Positions 12,535 to 25,281 of a stretch of 64,000 bases of DNA are shown piece by piece. The stretch is from assembly GCA_027923505.1 (NCBI GenBank), contig BROI01000009.1:372001-436000 (forward strand), read 5' to 3'. The stretch's first letter is position 1. The number at the start of each line of letters is the position of its first letter. Source of the DNA: Mayamaea pseudoterrestris. Lineage: Eukaryota. The position numbers and the translations under genes are program-made. The notes under the pieces are model-generated. The model saw only the letters and a list, made by a program, of their open reading frames with translations, searched no databases and had not been told where the DNA came from.

Positions 12535-13733
12535 ATGATGGAGGAAACTCGTGCTATTGGGGAGGAAACACTTGTTTCGCTCAATGACGTGCGCGAAAGG
12601 AAGTCGCTCGTAGCAAAGAATTCTGGCGACGTGAAGCTTGCCGCCTCTGGGCTCGGGCATTCCTACAGAATCCAAGGCATTGGGGAAGATGGAACGAAAA
12701 AAATTTCACTTTGGCATGATGTCAGTTTGGTACACCAAGATCCTGTGACAAGGGCTCCAACAGAATACAGAAATTTCGTTTGCGAGATTCCGAAATTTTC
12801 GAGGTGAGTTCATCAACGAAAAAATCGTTTACGTCAGCCACTCGTAGGCTGGCGCTATAGTGAAATGACATATCATCTAATCAATTTTGGCAACTTACAG
12901 AAAGAAATATGAGATTGCGACGAATGAGGAAGGAAATCCGATCAAGCAAGACGAAAGAAAGGGGCAACTTCGAGAGTTTTTAAAAGGTGACATTTACTTC
13001 AACTACGGCTGCTTCCCGCAAACATGGGAGGACCCGACGTTTTTTCATCCGGACGCTGAAGGTACACGCGGAGATAATGATCCTTTGGAGTAAGTAGTAC
13101 GCATGCCAGACGCTGCTCCGTATAGAGCCTTTGCTTGGTTAAATAATTCGCGATGCCATAGCTTCGCTGCTGCTTTGCCGCGTCGACTCACGTTCTACCG
13201 CCTCATTTTCGTCTCTCAGCGTTGTTGAGATCGGTGCTCGCATTATTAAACCAGGTGGAATATGTCCAGTCAAAGTTCTTGGCATCCTTTGCATGATCGA
13301 CGAGGGCGAAACTGATTGGAAGGTTATTTGCATTAATTCTGAGGATAAGTGGGCTCCGTTCTTGAATGACATCGACGACGTTGAAATGGAAATGCCTGGA
13401 ATGCTAGATGCTGTCCGAGAGTGGTATCGGACGTACAAATTGAGCGAGGGAAAGCCTCTCAATACCTTCGCTCTTGGTGAGCGCTTCATGGACAGAGCTT
13501 ATGCAATGAACATAATTGAAGAAACGCACCATGCGTGGGAAATGCTTATTTCAGGCGAGAAGGATCGTGAGGTTGAAGCTTCAGGTGATTCCATCATTGT
13601 CGATCTTGTCCGCAACTTGTCCAAGAACTCGCTCTTTACACTTGGAGCGGATCTGGATGTACATCCCGAAGCACATTCCAAATACTTCGACAATGAAGAA
13701 ATAGATGACGCAGATGGAACCATCTTTTTTTGA
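12535..13733 (+). CDS. Soluble inorganic pyrophosphatase (family I), 3 exons
   Basis: ISLWHDV, FVCEIPKFSR|KKYEI, NPIKQD, NYGCFPQTWEDP, GDNDPL, MIDEGETDWKVI, EWYRTYK. Introns ~12804-12900 and ~13090-13219. Confidence 0.92.
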
Positions 13734-13841
13734 ATTTCGCCCTAGCTGGTTAAATTAAGGACATAGTCTAATTATTCAATAGTGACAATTGCTTATCGCC
13801 AATATAACAGACGTGGACCCAGCAGGTACCGGACCGTCAAA

Positions 13842-14860
13842 TCATTTCTTCTTCCCTTTCCCATCAAGAAATCCTTTCTTCACACCTCCGCCTGCGGCAA
13901 ACGCCTTTTTCGCGTTTTTCTCCCGTTCTTCTTCTTTTAAAAGCTCTTCAGCCGCCTTTTGCGCCGCCAACTCTCTCGCCTTCACCTCATCTTCCTTGCT
14001 CGCCGGCTTGGCAGCTGGAATAGGAGACGCGGGCTTGCTTGTACTAGTTGAATTACTGCTTGCAGCGGCCGCAACGATATTTTTTAATTTGGCAGCTTGT
14101 TGTTTCGCTTCGGCCTCATGCTTCTGCTTGAGCATTTGGTGATATTGTACAGCTTGTTGCCATATCACCTCCGACCAGCCAGGTTCTAATTCGTCAGCTT
14201 CTGCTCGGACCTGCTCCACTTCGGCACCAACCATTGCTTCCGCCGCCTGAAACGCTCTCCACTGATTAACAGAACACATTGACTTTGAGTAGAGCTTTCC
14301 CATTCCATGCGATTCTTTCTGGATGTGCTGTACAAGGGGAATGTCAGCCATGGCTCGTTTCATAAGAGCTTGGGCAAGGACACGTCCGGGCCCATTCTTA
14401 TTTTGCGCGTCGGCATTGACATTCTCTGGAACGCCAGGTATCCAACCCAGTTCTTCGCACTTCGCTCGAATCTTGTAGTACTCGTCAACCTCCGAGGGAA
14501 GTTCTATGTCAAACTATGAGGAGAAGTGAGAATCGTTATAAGCATGTGGCTGAATAGTATGGTTCAAAACGACAAATGACCACATACCTTTTTCCCGTCT
14601 AAATCAGCAAAGAAGATGTCGTCATCGTCCTGAACCTTCTTTCTCTTTACGACAAAGAAGTAGTATAGTCCGATGACAATCGCCACGCCAATCAGAAGAA
14701 AGATGGCAGGATCGACCGCAAACTTTGCTTCTTCCATCACGGGGAGCTCATTTTCGCCACTCTCCCCAGTAAAACCACCGTCACTTTCCACAGGCGGAGT
14801 CTCGTCAAAAGTGGCGCTGCCATCAGCATGCACTTCGGCATCTTGTGTTGCGTCACTCAT
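13842..14860 (-). CDS. Sec66/Sec71-like ER translocation protein, 2 exons
   Basis: Single N-terminal TM (AIFLLIGVAIVIGLYYFFVV), then ALMKRAMADI...QWRAFQAAEAMVGAEVEQVRAEADELEPGWSEVIWQQA, matching the Sec66 pattern. Intron ~14588-14515. Confidence 0.65.
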
Positions 14861-15282
14861 CGTTCGACGAAAGCGACCTCGTCTGGCACGTTCGTTACTA
14901 GACGGCTCGTGCTTTGCACTCGAAACACCGGTCCTTTCTATAGAATCTGTATCAGCCGCCCCACCGCAAGCTGTACTCAGTTTCTGAAAGCAAAGCTCTT
15001 GTCCGCAGAAACGCCATTGTGCGCCCACGCGTAACCGCTCGTCGTGACGAACGAACGCAGACGTTTGAGTAGCCTTGCGACAAAGCGTGACAGGCTTAGT
15101 ATGGACTAGAGTGTACACGGGTTTGTCACGCGTGCGTGTTTCCGCAGATCTATTGCGACCGCAGACTCAACTTCGTTAGCCTTCCAACAAATCAACATCT
15201 CACTCGACTGCGTTCCAATCGGCCGATCACATCGCGTCTTGCTGCGTAGCCTACTCTTACAGTACTTGTCGACAGCAAAGAC

Positions 15283-16641
15283 ATGCAAGCTTATATTCTA
15301 TTTTTCACTCTTTTGGGCGCATCGGTTGACGCCTTCGTGGGACCATTGCCAGCGGCACTAACAACGAATATCCGATCGCCTTTGCCATCATCATCGGCGC
15401 GTTCGTTTAATATCGATCCTATCGTCCTCCAAGATTTGCACGAGAGTTTCTACAATGCCATTGGATCCATTTCACTAGCTGATGCAGTGGATGCCGCTGC
15501 AGATGCTGTACCAGCAGCCGCTGCTGCCACCGACGGAAACGGTTGGTTTGGATTTTTAACTGGACCAACTGAGACACTTTTGCAGGGGATACACTCGGTT
15601 CTTGTAGGAGTTGGAGTTAGTGGAAATGCATGGGGAGTGTCAATCATTATCTTGACGCTATTCATCAAGGCACTGACATTCCCATTGACAAAGACGCAGC
15701 TCGAATCAACAAACAAGATGCAAGCAATGCAACCCGAGATCAAGAAGATTCAAGCAAAGTACCAAAGCAACCCAGAAGTCATGAACCAAAAGGTTGCAGA
15801 ATTTTATCAATCAAACGAAATTAACCCTTTAGCAGGCTGCATACCAAGCTTGGTGCAGATTCCTGTCTTTATTGGCTTGTATCGATCAGTATTGAATTTG
15901 GCCAAGGAAAACAAGCTCGACGAACCCTTCCTTTGGCTGCCAAATTTGGAAGGTCCGACATATGGCGCTGATCCTGCGCACGGCTCGGATTGGATTTTGA
16001 AAGGATGGTATGTTTTGCCGAACTGTATTAGAATCATGCACCACCTTTTGATCGTCGGCATCTAACATTTTCGTGTTCTCTCACCCAGGACCGATGGTAC
16101 TCCTTCCCTTGGTTGGGAAAGTACCATAGCTTTTCTTATCTTGCCAGTGTTTTTGGTCATTTCGCAGTTTGCGTCGATGCAGCTTATGCAACCGAAGACG
16201 GATGATCCCAATGCGCCGCAAAGTAATGCTGTCTTGAAGCTGCTTCCTCTTATGATCGGCTGGTTCTCTTTAAATGTACCAGCTGCACTTTGTTTGTATT
16301 GGGTAGTAAATAACATTGTTACGACCGGAACATCGCTTTTGATTCGCAACAGCATAAAGACAACGCCTGTTGAAGCAGCCGGATCTGGTTCGGTGGCAAC
16401 AACGACTTCGATTTTTGCTCCTCCTAGGGAGAGACCTTCTGGTTTTGGTGATGCAGCGACAAGAAGGTCCGCAAGCGACGATTTCAAGCCCATCACGGAC
16501 GTTACGCCCATCACGTCAAGCGCCGCCACTGACGCAGAGATTGTCGTCGACGGGGAAAGTAAGGGCGCAAGCGACAGCTCTGAATCCGCTAGTGCAACTA
16601 AGAAACGTAATGGAAAGAAGAAGCGTAAAAAGACCAACTAG
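15283..16641 (+). CDS. ALB3: Plastid ALB3/YidC/Oxa1 membrane insertase, 2 exons
   Basis: Signal peptide ending SVDA-F (ASAF-type), WGVSIIILT..IKALTFPLTKTQLES, NPLAGCIP.LVQIPVFIGLY, LYWVVNN. Intron ~16008-16089. Confidence 0.92.
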
Positions 16642-16849
16642 ATTTGACAATAGAGAAGTACGGACACGTGCATCAATAAAGTCAAGTTACTGTGATATAG
16701 ATCAACACGAGTGACGCATACCGATAAATTTAGATATAGTGACCTACTAAGATGCATCAAGCTATTCGTCGTCCACAGGCTGACACCTATTCCTTCTATT
16801 TAAATCATTATTATATACAAGTTCTCTAGTTTAACTCTATCTTGACATA

Positions 16850-18388
16850 TTAAAAAAAGGGTAGCCACTCATCGTAACCCATACCGCGTAGCTTTCGTAG
16901 ACTTCGCGTTATAGTCACGCTGACCTTTTGTACAGAAACGCCAAACATATTGCTAATCTCTTTCAACGATGCGACACCACCAGTTCGAGCTGATTGTCCT
17001 CGCAGACCGTATCGAAGTAGCAGCATCTCAACCTCTTGAGGTGCAAGGTGTCGCTTCATGGCTTCTATTATGTCCTCCTGAAAGAGCGTTCTATCGATTT
17101 GCGCGTAGTCTCCATTATCCACACGACTGTCAATATCGTCCGCCATGGAGGTCATAGCTTTTTGACCTGGTTTCACATTTACGCTCGGCTGGTCAAGTGA
17201 GTCGAACTCTATTTGAAGGGCCTTGTAGCACCGATCAATTTGGTGCTCCGACAAGCCCAACGCTTTGCTCAGCTCGAGCTGTGTTGGCCATCGTCCCAAC
17301 TCGACACGAAACTTTTTCTTGAGACGATCCAGTCGTTCACAATTCATTCGCAGCTTCTGCGGTAAGGGAATAAGTCTGGACTGAAGTATATGTGACTCCT
17401 TTACTGCCGACCGAATCCAGTACATGCCGTATGTTGAAAACTTCCATCCGCGATCAGGCTCATATTTTTCGGCTGCTCGAATGAGCGCCATAATCCCTTC
17501 CTGCATCATATCAGCCGCATTGTACTGCGGTGTCAATCCGTTTCGTATGTAAATGTTGACTACCTTCTGGACCAATCGAAGGTTGGAAACGACAAGCCTG
17601 TTCTTAGCTTGCCGTCCGTGCTCCAGAGCTTGATAGAGTTGACCAATTGCGTCTTTGCCAGCTGCTGCGCACCACTCCTGATCGGTCGGTTCACGACCAA
17701 ACTTGATCTCGAGCAAATCGTATAGTCGCTGCAGTCGAATTGCGTCCTGAATCAAAGCACCAAGCGCAAGTTCTTCTTCATGTGTGAGCAGCACATGTTT
17801 TTGTATTTCTCTCGAAAAATGTACCAGTGATTCTGGGGCATTAGCGCATTTTGCGTAAAACTTGCTAGCATTGTCGTTGCTTCGTTGCATCGTCTCCTGC
17901 AACGACTCCGAGTACACTCGACCCGAGCGACGTTCGTAGCTACGAATGCCAGCCTTGAAGGCTCGCTGTCCAGCAGTTTCGGCCATAAAAGCTGGCATGG
18001 TTGAATATTTCCTTTGCACAACAGACGTTGGCATCTTTATCTCTTTTGTCTTTGTTTTAGTTTGCTTCGCCATTTTGTGTATGGTAAAATCGGAAGGCGC
18101 TATGGAATTCTTCTTTGTCGTAGTGAGTCCCCTAAACTGTATGCGTGATGGCTTTTCCATTGACAGAGCTGTTTGTAGAAATACTTGTTCCGACTGCTTT
18201 CGTCGATCGCGTCGATCTATTCCGCCAATCGTACGGGTCACCGAATCGATTTCTGCCAAAGCGGGTTGACGAGCAAGTCGGTGCTCAAAATTGGTTCCAT
18301 GATACCGTTGCTTCAAAGGACAAGAAGACGTAAAAGCTGAAGTCACCGAAACCGACGCTAGAAGAGTCGTCGCGAAGAATCTGGGCAT
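16850..18388 (-). CDS. Nucleus-encoded plastid RNA polymerase sigma-70 factor
   Basis: Region 1.2 LLTHEEELAL, region 2 SNLRLVQKV...DMMQEGIMALIRAAEKYEPDRGWKFSTYGMYWIR and region 4 LRYGL...SLKEI. Likely start MPRFFATTLLASVSVTSAF (bipartite presequence) at 18388; the ORF extends to 18505. Confidence 0.88.
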   Translation of the reverse strand: MPRFFATTLLASVSVTSAFTSSCPLKQRYHGTNFEHRLARQPALAEIDSVTRTIGGIDRRDRRKQSEQVFLQTALSMEKPSRIQFRGLTTTKKNSIAPSDFTIHKMAKQTKTKTKEIKMPTSVVQRKYSTMPAFMAETAGQRAFKAGIRSYERRSGRVYSESLQETMQRSNDNASKFYAKCANAPESLVHFSREIQKHVLLTHEEELALGALIQDAIRLQRLYDLLEIKFGREPTDQEWCAAAGKDAIGQLYQALEHGRQAKNRLVVSNLRLVQKVVNIYIRNGLTPQYNAADMMQEGIMALIRAAEKYEPDRGWKFSTYGMYWIRSAVKESHILQSRLIPLPQKLRMNCERLDRLKKKFRVELGRWPTQLELSKALGLSEHQIDRCYKALQIEFDSLDQPSVNVKPGQKAMTSMADDIDSRVDNGDYAQIDRTLFQEDIIEAMKRHLAPQEVEMLLLRYGLRGQSARTGGVASLKEISNMFGVSVQKVSVTITRSLRKLRGMGYDEWLPFF

Positions 18389-19445
18389 TATGGTCCAAGG
18401 CCTTCCGCGTGAGAGTCTCGTTGTGGTTTGTGCTGACTGTGAAGGTAAAGATTGCATTTCTCTTCGCGTCTGTGCTGTAATTTTGTCTGAGCAAGGTGAT
18501 GTCATGCTTTCGTTGTATACGATAATGCGGTAGTTCTTTCGCGACTGTGTCTCCCAGCTGGCTTGATGCGCTGTTTGTTCGTCGTCGCCAGTCGAAAGAG
18601 GATCACGAGCAAGTCGCCCGCCCAGTCGCGGTCGTCAAGGTGCGGTTCGCACGAATGCGTGCGTGGCAACGCTTCTGGCATTCGATGATTGGCAGAATTC
18701 AGTATTGAAATGGTTGTTCAGCAACGCCAAGGAGTTCGAAGAGGAATCTGTGTCACTTGCGTCCAATCACCGCTATCCACGTGCACCTCGTCCTGAAACA
18801 TGAAGTCGCACCAAGACCCACGTTTTCAACCATTGGCGACCATACCGTCAAGTTGAAAAGTCGTCGGTTGAACTTCACATAATATGAATATCGCCAAATG
18901 ACCACCATTCACTTCAACTATTATTGCCCTTGTGACATGAATTGTGCCATGAAAGTTTAGCAAAATTGTCTTATGGGTCCCGTAGAGAGAGACGAGGTGC
19001 CACGTAGCCACGTAGGTTTAGTACCGCGCGCGCGAGCCAGCTTTTTCGACGCCTCCTTCATCCACGAGTTGGCAGGATTACTCCACGGGACCAGGCTTGT
19101 TTAACACAAAATAAACATGCAGAGACGATGAAACATATATTGAAGTATCGTTTCTACTAGTCAGATTATTGATTCGATGTTTATTACTCGAGAATAAAGG
19201 GTGCCAACCAGCGCGCGACTGCTCGTCGTCGGACTTTTCAACTTGACGGTACTCCTTTCACCAGTCACGTTCCGAGCGGCGCCTGTCACGTTCAGCGATG
19301 AAAAAGCGACCAATGACGTTCCGACCGTCGCGCAACCGTAGATTCGTTCCAACGATTGTTTCGCTTTAAACCCCGCACATTTTCGGCCATTCACCTTGTC
19401 GATTCTCGCATTTATATCCTGTCATTACACTCGACAAAAACTACC

Positions 19446-21100
19446 ATGAGTACTGGAGATTACAAAGGTGCGACGAGACACACAGTTTGCTATTGATTTG
19501 AATATAAGATTGGTTTGAGATCGCGGCTAATTCGATATCTTTCTCTCACACTACCTGTCGTCGCCGTCCTCATTTGCATTATGTTATTTAGTTGCCGACA
19601 TTTCCCTCGCTGACTATGGCCGTAAGGACATTGAGCTCGCGGAGGTGGAAATGCCTGGTTTGATGGCTTGCCGCACCGAGTTTGGCGCGTCCAAGTTGTT
19701 CAACGGCGCTCGCATTTCGGGATCGCTGCACATGACGATTCAAACGGCTGTCCTCATTGAGACGCTCAAGGAACTTGGAGGAGACATTCGTTGGTGCTCT
19801 TGTAACATTTTCTCTACCCAAGATCATGCGGCGGCTGCCATTGCTCGCGACGAGAGTGCGGCAGTCTTTGCTTGGAAAGGTGCGATCAAAATTGTTGCAA
19901 AAACACGCTTGACATGACGGACCTGTACTAACACGTACATCCTGTGTTATTCATCGTTTTTCAGGCGAGACTTTGGAGGAGTATTGGGAGTGCACTTTGA
20001 ATGCCCTCACGTGGTCGTCCGACGATGGCAAAGGCCAAGGACCTGACCTCATCGTCGACGATGGCGGTGACATGACTCTGCTCATCCACGAGGGAAAGAA
20101 GGCCGAAGACGCTTTTCTCAAGGATGGAACTCTTCCCGATCCAAACAGCACGGACAATGCAGAGTTCAAGATTGTTCTCGCTATCATCAAGCGCTTATTG
20201 GAGGCTGGCGAGACTGATAAATGGAACAAGATAGCCCAGCGCTGCAAGGGAGTCTCGGAGGAGACTACGACTGGTGTTCACCGCCTCTACATTATGGAGA
20301 AGACCAACTCGCTTCTCTTTCCTGCCATTAACGTCAACGATTCCGTCACTAAGAGCAAGTTCGACAACTTGTATGGCTGCAAACACTCACTTCCAGATGG
20401 TATCATGCGTGCCACGGATGTCATGCTTGCCGGAAAGAAGGCTGTTATTTGCGGGTATGGTGATGTCGGCAAAGGATGCGCTGCCGCTATGCGTGCCTGT
20501 GGATGTGTCGTTTTCGTCACGGAGATTGATCCTATTTGCGCCCTGCAGGCTTGCATGGAAGGTTTTACCGTCCTGACACTTGAGGATGTAGTTGCGACTG
20601 GTGACATTTTCATTACCACTACGGGTAACAAGGGCATTTTGATGACAGACATGATGTCCAAGATGAAAAACAATGCTATTGTCGGTAACATTGGACATTT
20701 TGACAACGAAATTGACATGGACGGTCTCATGAAAGCCACCAAGCGCATCAACATCAAGCCACAGGTGGACAAATTTGTCTTTTCGTCGGGAAATGGTGTC
20801 ATTGTTCTCGCCGAAGGTCGCTTACTGAATTTGGGTTGCGCCACTGGTCACCCTTCGTTTGTCATGTCCTCGTCATTCACCAACCAGGTCTTGGCTCAGA
20901 TTGAACTCTGGAAGGAAAAGGATAGTGGCAAGTACGCAAGCGGCAAGGTGTATGTTCTCCCCAAGGCTTTGGACGAAAAGGTCGCCCGCCTCCACCTGCC
21001 ATCGTTGGGCGCAAAGCTCACAGTGCTCACGACCGAGCAATCGGAGTACGTAGGTATTCCGGTCGATGGTCCGTACAAGCCGGACACCTACCGTTACTAA
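19446..21100 (+). CDS. SAHH: S-adenosyl-L-homocysteine hydrolase, 3 exons
   Basis: [91 protein letters not shown]. Introns ~19469-19591 and ~19880-19964. Confidence 0.98.
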
Positions 21101-22419
21101 AGGGACATTCAGCGTCGGTTTTAGTGATACCTGTGTTTGAGTCGACAAATCTCTCGGCATATTAATTACCGGTAGTTTGTAAAATTTGTTGCACCATCTT
21201 GGTAAACTTATAATTGTTTGATCCGACTCGTCCGCTTTTCTCTGCCTTTTGGTTGATAGTCTTCAGCGGGCATGCCAGCCCTTTGTCGACCACTACCACT
21301 GATATTCCCAGTTCCTCTGCCTACTGTTAATGCTATGCTTACTATAAATACATGATAGTGACGGTTCTGCACCGTGAAATTGTGCGTCATGCTCGGCGAC
21401 CTCCTTTGTGGATCTGTATTTTTCCTGGTTTGCGCCCACGAACCGCGAAGACGATAAAATTTGAAGGAAAAACATTGCACAAGTAGCTCAGAGCACTGCA
21501 CAGCTACATAAAGTAACTACGAATGGAGTTTGACTCGACAATATTGTTACTCGGTACAGTGACATCGAAAAGCTTTTCAAGGTCGAATTGAGGATTGACT
21601 GTGAGAACTGAGATTTTTGCATCAAATCGCGATCAATCAGCAGTCGACAATTGACTCCATTAGCTTGTCGGTTGCAAAAATAAGTACAACGGTACGCCCA
21701 CTCAACCATGACGCTATGCGAGCTAGCGGAAAGTGGTATTGTGCTTGACCCAGCGGTGAATCAAGAGATTCACGGAAATTGCATTCATCACAGGAGCTGC
21801 GACAAACCGCTATCATGCATGTCTTATGACTACCTTGACCAGGCAAGTCAGGTAACCGTCGTTGCAACCACGGAAAATAAGAAACATCGAGAATTACCGT
21901 GCATGGTCTCTAGTCTCAATTGCGACAGGCACATCGGCGGTGCAATCTGAGTGTCGCTGGTCGGGCGTCGCGTTACGCCAAGCCAAATATCCCTGCAGCG
22001 CAGGCGATGGCTACTACGATTTGTGATTGTCTCTGCGGCAAGTCCATGTTCAAGACGAAGTTGTCTGCAGATGGTGCCATGGCTGTCAAATGCTTCGCCG
22101 CGCGTCAAGCAGCACTTCAAACGGACATGCAGCAAGCTCGCCAAGAAGAAGGTGCTTCAGCGAAGTTTGCGTCATATTGCTCATCTCAACCCCTCTGGGA
22201 AAATTGCGAAAATGACGAGTCAGATTATGTTAAAATTGCGTCGACAGCTTTAAGGCTGCTAATGCGATCAACACGAAGGGCGTTGCTGCAGCAAAGTGAA
22301 ATTGCTACCAAGGTGTGTGGCCAGCCAGAAACAGCTTGGCGCATCTCGTCCGTCGACATCTCCTTGTCCGAAGAAGCAAAAGAAAATTTGGCTGAAAGGG
22401 TTTCAATTTACAATTTCGG

Positions 22420-22710
22420 CCGGCAAAAAGGCAAACGTGATCGTCAGCTAACCAAGCGACTCTGGCGGATCACAGGCAGCTTCAACTCCGGCTGCCAAAG
22501 TTGCCTGAGCATCACCATGCAGCGAGTCGCACGGCTTCCGTCGCATGTCTACAGGTAAATTTCCCGGCAAAAAGGCAAACGTGATCGTTGGCTAACCAAG
22601 CTACTCTGGCGGATCACAGGCAGCTTCAACTCCGGCTGCCAAAGTTGCCCGAGTATCACCATGCAGCGGGTCGCACGGCAGCCGTTCGCACGGCAGCCGT
22701 CGCATGTCTA
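22420..22710. repeat. Two-copy ~144 bp direct repeat with an extra internal 14 bp duplication
   Basis: CCGGCAAAAAGGCAAACGTGATCGT...GTCGCATGTCTA starts at 22420 and 22564; the second copy contains TCGCACGGCAGCCGT twice. Confidence 0.9.
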
Positions 22711-24918
22711 TTACCATGACTTTTTATTCGCCCTGTATAGCAACGCTGCCAACGCATGTCTGCCTGCGGGTTCAGACTCGGAAGCATGTGATGGGTCACA
22801 CCCGTAGGTTGATTCGTCGTCAGACTGATTGTCGTGACTTAAAGACTGGAACCTCCGCTTCTTTGGTCGCTGTCCAACAACAACATCGTCAATTGGGATA
22901 AACGATGTTGTTGCATCATCGACCTTTGTGCGCGTGTCGCTCTTACTCGCGTCCAGTAGGTGGGTTAGCGCATTCCAACCCACGGCCGAGGCTGCCGCGG
23001 AAGTGTTTTCCTCGTCCCGAACGTCGTTACGAGAACTATCATCGTCCAGTTCAAGGCATCCCCTTGTGCTCGTAGAACTTGTGCTTAATAGTTGGTCTAA
23101 AGTGTTTCGTCCGACGGCTGATGCTACCGTAGATTTTGTCACGCAGTCACGATCAAATGCAGCACTGATCGCTGTGTTGCTATTAACCCGAAAATTCTCG
23201 ACGGAACTCGCAGCGCCGTCATCGCCATTGCCCGATAATTTCCGGCTCGGTAGTGTACCTGTTGTATTTCTAGCACTCTTACAAAGTAGATTGCTTAGTG
23301 CGTTACGACCAACCGCGGATGCCGCCACTGAAAGCTCGTCATCCAGCGATACATCAGACAAGTCATCTGTCTCATCCCATTGCGAATGTAACATATTTCG
23401 AAGCGGTGGCTCAGATTGTTGTTCCGTGTCAAAGAACAGATTGGCCATCGTCGACTGCTGCTTTGAGATCGTTGCCATTTCCATCAAACACTTCAAGGCG
23501 TTCCTTCCAGCTTTTGAAGTAGCCTCGGAACCGATAGTGAGTATTCCATTTGACGTTGCGCTTTGCGTTGATGCAAGAAAGGTCGTTCCTTTGCGCCGAG
23601 AAAGAAGAGTCTCTATTGCCGCCATCAAGCTTCTTTCCTGAAAGCATAACAATTCTTGCGGGAGGACCAGGTCAAGCGACGGGAATTCTATTCTATCATA
23701 ATCTCTCTGAGCAAAAGCAGAGTCAAAGTTTCTGTCTATTGATAGTGAAAGTTGACTTTTGGTTGTCGCAAGGGGGCCAATGTCAACACCAGCAGGCACG
23801 ACACCAAATGTCACACTTCGAAGTGGAACGTGTTTTAAAGCGTCGACATCTTTGTCTGTTTCGGAACTGAATCGGTCAAACGGAATATCGTTACTGCGGC
23901 CGTCAGTCACAGGGTGTAAAGTTTCGCGCATTCTCTCCATGCGTGTCGGTAACGACGTGTTGCAGCTAAGCACCGAAGGAAAACGAATGCTGTGACAGCC
24001 CTGCAGGTAGCTGGAGAACGTTTCCTGCACAAGCTCAAAAGCAGTGGACGGGGTGCTACCACGAGGAGAGTCGACATCCATGCATTCTGTTTCATAAATC
24101 GAAGGCGCAAAAGCAACTCCATTCGCAACGTTTTGCGGTTGACCATGACTCTTAACGAAGATTTCATCACCAGCCGAACTTTCGAGACCGCAAGGACCGC
24201 TCTTAGAGCATAACTGGAGCTTGGGTAGAAGTCTGTCGATGGCATAAATTACATCCGTCGCAAGAACAGCATAGGAAGCCGACAAGGTTGCCTGAGACGC
24301 CATTCCTGCCAAAGCGTGCTGCCTTAGTCTCTGTATCATATAATATTGTCGCAGGCCCACTCTTATAGCTTGTTTAAAATGTCTTCGATGGAGAAAACCT
24401 GGATTCTCCAGATTCTGATTGAGTCCCATCGGAAGCATAACCAGTCTATTGGCGTCGGTTGTTGCAACGCCACTTGGTAAAGGGTTCGTTTCATACAATA
24501 TGTACAACGTGAACACAGCAAACGAAGCGTGCATCATGTTGACAGAGTCATCATCTCTTAAAGAGTCTTTTAACAACGACCAACAGGCGTTGTATAGGAG
24601 CTGCGAAAAGGCGCTGCGATCACTTCGTTTCGGAGCGAGCAGCGTATGAAGCAGGTTGAGCTTTGACACGCCAAAGACGTCCTTTAAGATCCTAAAGGCA
24701 AATCCCCCAGTATGGTATTTACTACGACGAGTAAAAGGAACATCACTCTTGATCTCGTCTTCTTTTGCAATTAATTTCAATTCATACTCGTCACGAAGCT
24801 GCACCAGGTCAAATTCGATAGCGGCTTGCACTAGACGCCCACGCTCCCACAAAATCCGTGGCCGCTGCTGATCTCCAGCTTTCGTGGCCGCAGTTTGACG
24901 TAGAGGATACGAGAACAT
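22711..24918 (-). CDS. 735 aa protein with SNAPC1/SNAP43-like N-terminal domain and low-complexity C-terminus
   Basis: Long uninterrupted ORF. FAFRILKDVF...FSQLLYNAC..LL...FAVFTLYILYETNP resembles the SNAP43 helical domain; repeated ASAVGRNAL motifs in the C-terminal half. Confidence 0.55.
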   Translation of the reverse strand: MFSYPLRQTAATKAGDQQRPRILWERGRLVQAAIEFDLVQLRDEYELKLIAKEDEIKSDVPFTRRSKYHTGGFAFRILKDVFGVSKLNLLHTLLAPKRSDRSAFSQLLYNACWSLLKDSLRDDDSVNMMHASFAVFTLYILYETNPLPSGVATTDANRLVMLPMGLNQNLENPGFLHRRHFKQAIRVGLRQYYMIQRLRQHALAGMASQATLSASYAVLATDVIYAIDRLLPKLQLCSKSGPCGLESSAGDEIFVKSHGQPQNVANGVAFAPSIYETECMDVDSPRGSTPSTAFELVQETFSSYLQGCHSIRFPSVLSCNTSLPTRMERMRETLHPVTDGRSNDIPFDRFSSETDKDVDALKHVPLRSVTFGVVPAGVDIGPLATTKSQLSLSIDRNFDSAFAQRDYDRIEFPSLDLVLPQELLCFQERSLMAAIETLLSRRKGTTFLASTQSATSNGILTIGSEATSKAGRNALKCLMEMATISKQQSTMANLFFDTEQQSEPPLRNMLHSQWDETDDLSDVSLDDELSVAASAVGRNALSNLLCKSARNTTGTLPSRKLSGNGDDGAASSVENFRVNSNTAISAAFDRDCVTKSTVASAVGRNTLDQLLSTSSTSTRGCLELDDDSSRNDVRDEENTSAAASAVGWNALTHLLDASKSDTRTKVDDATTSFIPIDDVVVGQRPKKRRFQSLSHDNQSDDESTYGCDPSHASESEPAGRHALAALLYRANKKSW

Positions 24919-25281
24919 GCATGAACATAAAGGGCGCCACGCAATTACGATGCAGGTAAGCCGTTTACAGCATATTATTACACTCGCAATGGAGGTGCAG
25001 CAACGATGTGTGATGTGTGTGTTCGATCGTCATTCGATTGAAAGCGTGTATGAAAAGATCATCTTTTGACGTAAATTCAGTCGTCGTACCGGTTCTTGTA
25101 ATGGCGCGCTGGTGGGCGCGGAAGCAAAAACGCGTCGCGCTTTTTCGCCTCCCATCTCAGCTCGCACATATAGAGTTACTAGCCAACCATCAAAGGAATC
25201 GTGCTATTACATAAAGGAAACGAAAGTTATCAAGTCGATATTTGTCACGCATTCATCTTTCGGATCAACCTTTTTAGAATC

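Noticed and set aside
16850..18505. Bacterial contamination or recent HGT suggested by sigma-70, YidC and ChlH
   Set aside because: These carry plastid-targeting presequences and/or spliceosomal introns and are normal nucleus-encoded plastid proteins in algae.
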